Positions 26,901 to 32,000 of a stretch of 32,000 nt of DNA are shown one piece after another. This DNA is from an uncultured Erysipelotrichaceae bacterium. Its GTDB lineage: Bacteria > Bacillota_I > Bacilli_A > Erysipelotrichales > Erysipelotrichaceae. A program made the position numbers and the translations under genes. The DNA is taken from the NCBI GenBank assembly GCA_964401865.1, contig CAYNZZ010000011.1, positions 8,771 to 40,770 of the forward strand, written 5' to 3'. The stretch's first letter is position 1. Every line of letters starts with the position of its first letter. The notes under the pieces are model-generated. The model saw only the letters and a program-made list of their open reading frames with translations, ran no database searches and was not told the DNA's origin.

Positions 26901-28121
26901 AGTATTGAATGTCGTAATACAAAACTAGGTGCCGAAGAAATTACTCGTGATATCCCTAATGTTTCTGACAATGCATGTCGTAACTTGGATTCTCGTGGTA
27001 TCGTCATGATCGGTGCCGAAGTAAGAGAGGGAGATGTTCTTGTTGGTAAAGTTACACCAAAAGGACAATCTGATGTCTCTCCAGAAGAAAAATTATTGTT
27101 AGCTATTTTCGGTGAAAAATCACACGAAGTAAGAGACAATTCTTTAAGAGTTCCACATGGTGGTGCCGGTATTGTACAATCTGTCAGAGTGTTTAAACGT
27201 AGCGAAGGATATGAATTAAATCCTGGTGTAACCGAGGTAATTAAGGTTTATGTCGTTCAAAAACGTAAGATTTCTGAAGGTGATAAGATGGCGGGCCGTC
27301 ATGGTAACAAAGGTGTTATCTCTAAGATTTTGCCAGTTGAGGATATGCCATTTATGCCAGATGGTACACCAGTTGATATCATGCTTAATCCATTCGGTGT
27401 TCCTTCACGTATGAATATCGGACAAGTTCTAGAAATTCATTTAGGAATGGCAGCTAAAAAGCTTGGTGTTAAGTTTGCGACACCAGTATTTGATGGTATC
27501 TCTAATGATGAATTAAAAGCCATTATGAAAGAAGCTGAAACTTCAAATGATGGAAAGATTGTTCTAAGAGATGGTAAGACTGGTGAACCATATGATGAAA
27601 GAATTTCAGTTGGTGTCATGTATATGATTAAGTTGGCTCACATGGTTGATGATAAACTTCATGCAAGAGCTACTGGTCCATATTCAATGGTTACTCAACA
27701 ACCTCTAGGAGGTAAAGCTCAAAATGGTGGTCAAAGATTTGGAGAAATGGAAGTATGGGCTCTAGAGGCTTATGGTGCTTCACATACTTTACAAGAAATC
27801 TTAACTGTTAAATCTGATGATATCAATGGTCGTACAAAGACCTATGAAGCTATCATCAAAGGTTTAGATATCCCAGAACCAAGTATTCCTGAATCATTTA
27901 AAGTTCTTAAGAACGAACTTCAGGCTTTGGCTATTGATGTTCGTATGCTAGATGGCGAAGGAAATGAGTTACAATTCAGTGATTTTGAAGATAAGTCGGA
28001 TTTAGCATCTACTGTAGTTCCTCAAGAGATAGTAGCAGATGATGAAGGCTTAACTATTAAAACCGAAGAAGAGATTGAAGAAGCTGCCGTAATGGGATTT
28101 GGTGGCGAGGATGAAGAATAG
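23994..28121 (+). CDS. rpoB: DNA-directed RNA polymerase beta subunit
   Basis: 1375 aa. Motifs '[15 protein letters not shown]', rif cluster '[30 protein letters not shown]', '[10 protein letters not shown]', '[12 protein letters not shown]' and '[18 protein letters not shown]'. Confidence 0.97.
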   Translation: MKEIQSYHNAELGKHSSRRDYSKVSGSLELPNLVEIQTDSFKWFIEEGIREVFEDIFPIQNYNKNIRLKFLSYEFGEPKYSVNESKYREVNYAAPLKAKMELELISEETGELINKFEEVYLGEFPMMTPTGTFIINGAERVIVSQIVRSPGAYFDTSSDDKTGKEVYDGELIPSRGTWLEFLTDDKKTDLGLVMNMSVDRKRKILSTILFKAIGFSLDLEKGEDAFDVTEMKTFLNAMGLHVYDDLINTNNDREFLDIYEAIYTSFLGGYEEIINTLQLDKTKTTSEALIAMYENQKSDEVPTMDGAVTLMNAKFFDQKKYDLTKAGRYKLGKKLNVIDRMENHVLAQDVYRADGTVLYPEGTLITKEERKTLWNELKGSHVHAFPFAHQFSHPTVVNVDTSETLTLIGRVLAHDIETDELSMSAGTVLTAKDVENIAKVLTTVSVYSAIIAEDVKLDKDNVRSVLNYGQRLFVLGRLTDVDGNDIKADDENMMPSYLPDSDFYMLTLDNEDKLVKMVKEGLEVHAWLVGSACQVVYINNPDAEDVKVKLIGIDPLNDKKCITMSDMIAFYNYEFTMLDGIGSTDDIDMLGNRRIRTVGELIQNQFRIGLSRMEKAVKERMSIIDLDSATPKTLTNIRPLFAAIKEFFSSSQLSQFMDQQNPLAELTNKRRISALGPGGLTRERAGFEVRDVHNSHYGRICPIETPEGQNIGLISYLTTYAKVNEYGFIQTPYRKVDKDGNVSEDYIYLSADEENDYIIAQANEVSDGKLKGEQVVARKAGETILANRKDVELADVSPKQIVSVAAACIPFLENDDASRALMGANMQRQAVPLLNPHSPYVGTGIEAKIAKDSGSGIVSHHNGQVTYVDASTIVIDDGSEEHTYELDKFRRSNAGTCINHRPIVSTGEMVKAGDLIADGPSMDDGELALGQNVTIAFMTWHGYNYEDAIIMSERMVKDDVYTSIHIDEYSIECRNTKLGAEEITRDIPNVSDNACRNLDSRGIVMIGAEVREGDVLVGKVTPKGQSDVSPEEKLLLAIFGEKSHEVRDNSLRVPHGGAGIVQSVRVFKRSEGYELNPGVTEVIKVYVVQKRKISEGDKMAGRHGNKGVISKILPVEDMPFMPDGTPVDIMLNPFGVPSRMNIGQVLEIHLGMAAKKLGVKFATPVFDGISNDELKAIMKEAETSNDGKIVLRDGKTGEPYDERISVGVMYMIKLAHMVDDKLHARATGPYSMVTQQPLGGKAQNGGQRFGEMEVWALEAYGASHTLQEILTVKSDDINGRTKTYEAIIKGLDIPEPSIPESFKVLKNELQALAIDVRMLDGEGNELQFSDFEDKSDLASTVVPQEIVADDEGLTIKTEEEIEEAAVMGFGGEDEE

Positions 28122-28134
28122 GAGGAGTTAGCGA

Positions 28135-31100
28135 ATGTCAGCAAGAAAATTTGAAGCATTACAAGTTAGATTAGCATCTCCTGAGCGTATCCTTGAATGG
28201 TCTCATGGTGAAGTGACTAAACCAGAAACAATAAACTATCGTAGTCAAAAACCTGAAAGAGATGGTTTATACTGCGAAAGAATTTTTGGTCCAACAAAGG
28301 ACTGGGAATGTTATTGTGGAAAATACAAAAAAGTTAGATACCAAGGTGTTGTCTGTGACAGATGTGGTGTAGAAATTACTAAGTCTTCTGTCAGAAGAGA
28401 GCGTATGGGTCACATTGCTTTAGCAGCACCGGTTGCTCATATTTGGTATCTAAAAGGTATTCCTTCTAGAATGGGATTATTATTAAATATCGCTCCTAAA
28501 ACTCTAGAAGAAATCGTATATTTCGTATCTTGGATTGTAACTGATCCAGGTACAAGTAACTTAGCTTATAAACAAGTTATTTCCGAGAAAGAATATCGTG
28601 AGAATCGTGCTTTATATGGCGAAGATTCATTTACAGCTTTAACTGGTGCAGAAGCAATTAAGGTTTTACTTGAACAAGTAGATCCTGCAAAGGAAAAAGC
28701 TGAAATTTTAAAAGAATTAGAAAAGGCTCAAGGCGATAAACGTAAGAAATTAATCAAACGTTTGGAAATCACTAATGCCTTTGTTGATTCTGACAATAAA
28801 CCTGAATGGATGGTATTAACTGTACTTCCCGTTATTCCGCCTGATTTAAGACCAATGTTGCAACTTGACGGCGGACGTTTCGCCACAAGTGATTTAAATG
28901 ATTTATATCGTCGTGTAATCACTCGTAATAATCGTTTAAAGAGATTACTTGAAATTGAAACTCCAGCCATTATTGTTCAAAACGAAAAACGTATGCTACA
29001 AGAAGCAGTTGACGCTTTGATTGATAATGGTCGTCGTAGTGCGCCAATTAAAGGTTCTGCAAATCGTCCATTAAAATCTTTATCTCATTCTTTAAAGGGT
29101 AAACAAGGTCGTTTTAGACAAAACTTACTCGGAAAGAGAGTTGATTTCTCTGGTCGTTCAGTTATTGCGGTTGGACCAGATTTGAAGATGTATCAATGTG
29201 GTATTCCTAGAGAAATGGCTATCCAATTATACAAACCATTCGTTATGAATGAGATTGTTAATTTAGGACTTGCGCCAAATCCTAAGAATGCTGAAAAGAT
29301 GATTGATCGTCTTGATCCACAAATTTGGGATGTGTTAGAGAAAGTTATGGATAACCATCCTGTATTCTTGAACCGTGCCCCAACATTACACCGTCTAGGT
29401 ATCCAAGCATTCAAACCAAAATTAGTTGAAGGTAGAGCTATTCGTCTTCATCCGCTTGTATGTACAGCATTTAACGCTGACTTTGATGGTGACCAGATGG
29501 CTGTCCATTTACCATTATCTGAAAAAGCCAGAGCTGAAGCTGAAATTTTGATGCTTGCATCAAACAATATCTTAGGACCTAAAGATGGTAAACCTATCGT
29601 TACCCCATCACAAGACATGGTTTTGGGTAATTTCTATCTAAATATGGAAGAAACTGCTCAGGAATTTTATGAAAAAGCTGATTTCATTGAAAGTTTAGGT
29701 GATGCTGATTCTGCTGAAGAATGGCGTCGCTATGGTGATAATGAAGGACATGTCTATAAAGACTTCAACGAAGCTTTGATGGCATATCAGAATAAACAAG
29801 TTCACTTACACACTAGAGTTGTAATTAGAGCTAGTTCATTGGGCAAGACATGTTTCACTGAGAAACAAAACGAAATGTATTTAATCACTACTATTGGTAA
29901 GTTGATTTTCAACGACAAATTCCCTAGTGATTTTCCATACATTAACTATGTTTCAAAGGATAGTTTAAAAGCTACACCTGATGATTGCTTTGTGCCTTTA
30001 GGAACAAATATCAAAGAGCATATACAAAACACAAAGATTAATCCTGAATTTACTAAGAAGGACTTATCCAATGTTATTGCCGAAGTGTTCAATCGTTACC
30101 GTACTGAAGGTTCAAGTGATATTCTAGACTCGATCAAAGACTTGGGTTTTGAATATTCAACTGTTGCTGGTATGACTGTATCTTTAAGCGATATCAATGT
30201 TGCTCCAAATAAAGAAAAATATGTAGCTGAAGCTAAAGAAAAGGCTGATGTATTACAAACTTTATTAAAGAGAGGCCAATTAACTCTTCCTGAATGGGAA
30301 AAACATTTTTCAAAACTATGGTCAGATGCTAAAGATGTTATTGGTGATGAAGTTATGGCTAACTTGCCAAGAAAATCACCTATCAATATGATGGCGGTTT
30401 CTGGTGCCCGTGGTAACAAATCTCACTTTACACAATTAGCAGGTATGCGTGGTCTGATGGGTCGTCCTACTCAATCTAAATCTAAGAAAGAGTACCAACC
30501 TTCAATTATTGAAGTTCCTATCTATTCGTCATTCCGTGAAGGATTAAATGTATCAGAATTCTTTATTTCTACCCATGGTGTGCGTAAAGGTTTAACTGAT
30601 ACTGCGTTGAAGACTGCTGAATCTGGTTACTTGACAAGAAGATTAGTTGATGTTGCACAAGATGTAATCATTAAAGAAGATGATTGTCATACTGACCGTG
30701 GATATCTAGTTGAAGATATTATTGACATTAAAGATAATAACGTCATTGAAAAATTCTATGATCGCATTGTTGGAAGATATTCTAAAGAAGATGTAGTTGA
30801 TCCAAATACTGGTGAAATAATTATTGCAAGCGATGAGTTCATTGATGAAACCATTGCTAACAAAATTATTAATGCTGGTATTAAGTCAATGTTTATCCGC
30901 AACACATTTACATGTCGTTGCAAAGATGGTATTTGTCGCAAATGTTATGGTCGTAATATGGCTACTGGCAAACTTGTTGAAAACGGAGAAGCTGTTGGTA
31001 TTATGGCTGCTCAATCAATTGGTGAACCAGGTACTCAGTTAACAATGCGTACTTTCCATACCGGTGGTGTAGCATCCGCTAATGATAGCGATATTACGCA

Positions 31101-31953
31101 AGGTTTGCCTCGTGTCGAAGAACTATTTGAAGCACGTTGCCCTAAACATCCTGCTGTACTTGCTAAGATTGATGGTGAAATTATTTCCATGGATGACTCG
31201 GATAATCATAGTGGTGTAACTATTACTATTGCTAATGACAAGAATGTTATCGAACATAAATGCGGAGTTTCACAAACTGTTAGATCTTGGCTTAAAGTTG
31301 GCAGTGTCGTTAAGGCTGGTGACAAACTGACTGAAGGACATATTAACTTAAAAGAATTGATTGAAATTGCTGGTGTTACGGCAGTTCAAAACTATATCTT
31401 AAAAGAAGTTAAAAAAGTATATTCTGTTACGGGTATCGATATTTCTGATAAACATATCGAAGTTATTATTCGACAAATGTTAAAGAAAGTTGTGATACTT
31501 GAACCAAATGATAGTGATTTATCAGCAGGTCAAACATTATCACTTCGCAAAATTACTAATTTAAACAGTAAACTATTAAGAGAAGGCAAGATGGCCGCTA
31601 CATTCTCACCAATTCTACTTGGTATATCTAAATCTTCTGTTGAAACAGATTCATTCTTATCAGCTGCTTCATTCCAAGAAACGACTAAAGTATTGACAGA
31701 TGCTGCTGTTAATAGCCGTGTTGATAATCTATTTGGAATTAAAGAAAATGTTATTGTTGGTAAATTAATCCCAGCAGGAACAGGTTCTAATTTTGAAAGA
31801 GAAACAACTAATTTGGTTGAAGAAAGAGCTCAAGAATTAATCGACGAAAGAAGAGCTAGAACAGCTAAAAACGAAGAAGTCGAAGAACTTCCTGAAGAAG
31901 TTTTAAAAGGTGGAGTTGAAGAGACAACAATCGAAGAAACTGTTGAAGAATAA
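28135..31953 (+). CDS. rpoC: DNA-directed RNA polymerase beta-prime subunit
   Basis: 1272 aa. Zn finger '[20 protein letters not shown]', catalytic '[12 protein letters not shown]' and the bridge/trigger region '[18 protein letters not shown]'. Acidic C-terminal tail '[26 protein letters not shown]'. Confidence 0.97.
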   Translation: MSARKFEALQVRLASPERILEWSHGEVTKPETINYRSQKPERDGLYCERIFGPTKDWECYCGKYKKVRYQGVVCDRCGVEITKSSVRRERMGHIALAAPVAHIWYLKGIPSRMGLLLNIAPKTLEEIVYFVSWIVTDPGTSNLAYKQVISEKEYRENRALYGEDSFTALTGAEAIKVLLEQVDPAKEKAEILKELEKAQGDKRKKLIKRLEITNAFVDSDNKPEWMVLTVLPVIPPDLRPMLQLDGGRFATSDLNDLYRRVITRNNRLKRLLEIETPAIIVQNEKRMLQEAVDALIDNGRRSAPIKGSANRPLKSLSHSLKGKQGRFRQNLLGKRVDFSGRSVIAVGPDLKMYQCGIPREMAIQLYKPFVMNEIVNLGLAPNPKNAEKMIDRLDPQIWDVLEKVMDNHPVFLNRAPTLHRLGIQAFKPKLVEGRAIRLHPLVCTAFNADFDGDQMAVHLPLSEKARAEAEILMLASNNILGPKDGKPIVTPSQDMVLGNFYLNMEETAQEFYEKADFIESLGDADSAEEWRRYGDNEGHVYKDFNEALMAYQNKQVHLHTRVVIRASSLGKTCFTEKQNEMYLITTIGKLIFNDKFPSDFPYINYVSKDSLKATPDDCFVPLGTNIKEHIQNTKINPEFTKKDLSNVIAEVFNRYRTEGSSDILDSIKDLGFEYSTVAGMTVSLSDINVAPNKEKYVAEAKEKADVLQTLLKRGQLTLPEWEKHFSKLWSDAKDVIGDEVMANLPRKSPINMMAVSGARGNKSHFTQLAGMRGLMGRPTQSKSKKEYQPSIIEVPIYSSFREGLNVSEFFISTHGVRKGLTDTALKTAESGYLTRRLVDVAQDVIIKEDDCHTDRGYLVEDIIDIKDNNVIEKFYDRIVGRYSKEDVVDPNTGEIIIASDEFIDETIANKIINAGIKSMFIRNTFTCRCKDGICRKCYGRNMATGKLVENGEAVGIMAAQSIGEPGTQLTMRTFHTGGVASANDSDITQGLPRVEELFEARCPKHPAVLAKIDGEIISMDDSDNHSGVTITIANDKNVIEHKCGVSQTVRSWLKVGSVVKAGDKLTEGHINLKELIEIAGVTAVQNYILKEVKKVYSVTGIDISDKHIEVIIRQMLKKVVILEPNDSDLSAGQTLSLRKITNLNSKLLREGKMAATFSPILLGISKSSVETDSFLSAASFQETTKVLTDAAVNSRVDNLFGIKENVIVGKLIPAGTGSNFERETTNLVEERAQELIDERRARTAKNEEVEELPEEVLKGGVEETTIEETVEE

Positions 31954-32000
31954 TTGATAGATTTCTATTTTGTCGATAAAAATATAAAGGTGTGACTTTT

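Noticed and set aside
26273-30941. Several 60-107 aa antisense ORFs inside rpoB and rpoC (26273-26470, 26885-27139, 27437-27619, 28728-28970, 29193-29414, 30096-30419, 30756-30941).
   Set aside because: They are embedded in very strongly supported sense genes. They have no SD and no recognisable motifs.

Overview
This is an AT-rich Bacillota-type chromosomal segment (about one-third G+C by eye). It reads cleanly with the standard bacterial code: TGA ends at least 8 genes and Trp is TGG.

Almost everything is core housekeeping on the + strand, in this order:
- the 3' end of an NrdD-like gene, then upp and gpmI
- rapZ-yvcK-whiA, a 71-aa membrane protein, a short Eis-like GNAT and an FRG-domain protein
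- a 4-gene CUT1-type sugar ABC importer and a lipoprotein
- a small decayed islet (papain-like peptidase remnant plus a Cys-rich lipoprotein)
- zupT and ispG (the only - strand gene)
- glgP, a cytoplasmic type I pullulanase and gapA
- a sortase remnant
- L10 leader-rplJ-rplL-ybxB-like methyltransferase-rpoB-rpoC

The synteny, the enlarged RpoB and Asn at the rifampicin His526 position suggest a Mollicutes-related Bacillota lineage (Erysipelotrichia-like). That is inference only.

I see no CRISPR array, tRNA/rRNA gene, transposase, integrase or recognisable defence or toxin cassette, and I cannot honestly point to a convincing new multi-gene system. The best candidate for uncharacterised biology is the intact FRG-domain gene. 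Together with the adjoining short GNAT and the whiA-coupled mini membrane protein, it is packed with 1-5 nt spacers between the whiA cluster and the ABC importer.

Secondary observations:
- RpoB carries the H526N-equivalent residue and lineage-specific insertions.
- The NrdD-like ORF ends before the glycyl-radical domain.
- gpmI is of the plant-like iPGAM type.
- The substrate-binding protein has both a lipobox and a C-terminal TM anchor.
- There are two surface-protein pseudogene remnants.
- The L10 leader shows competing pairings.
- zupT may be translated from a leaderless transcript.
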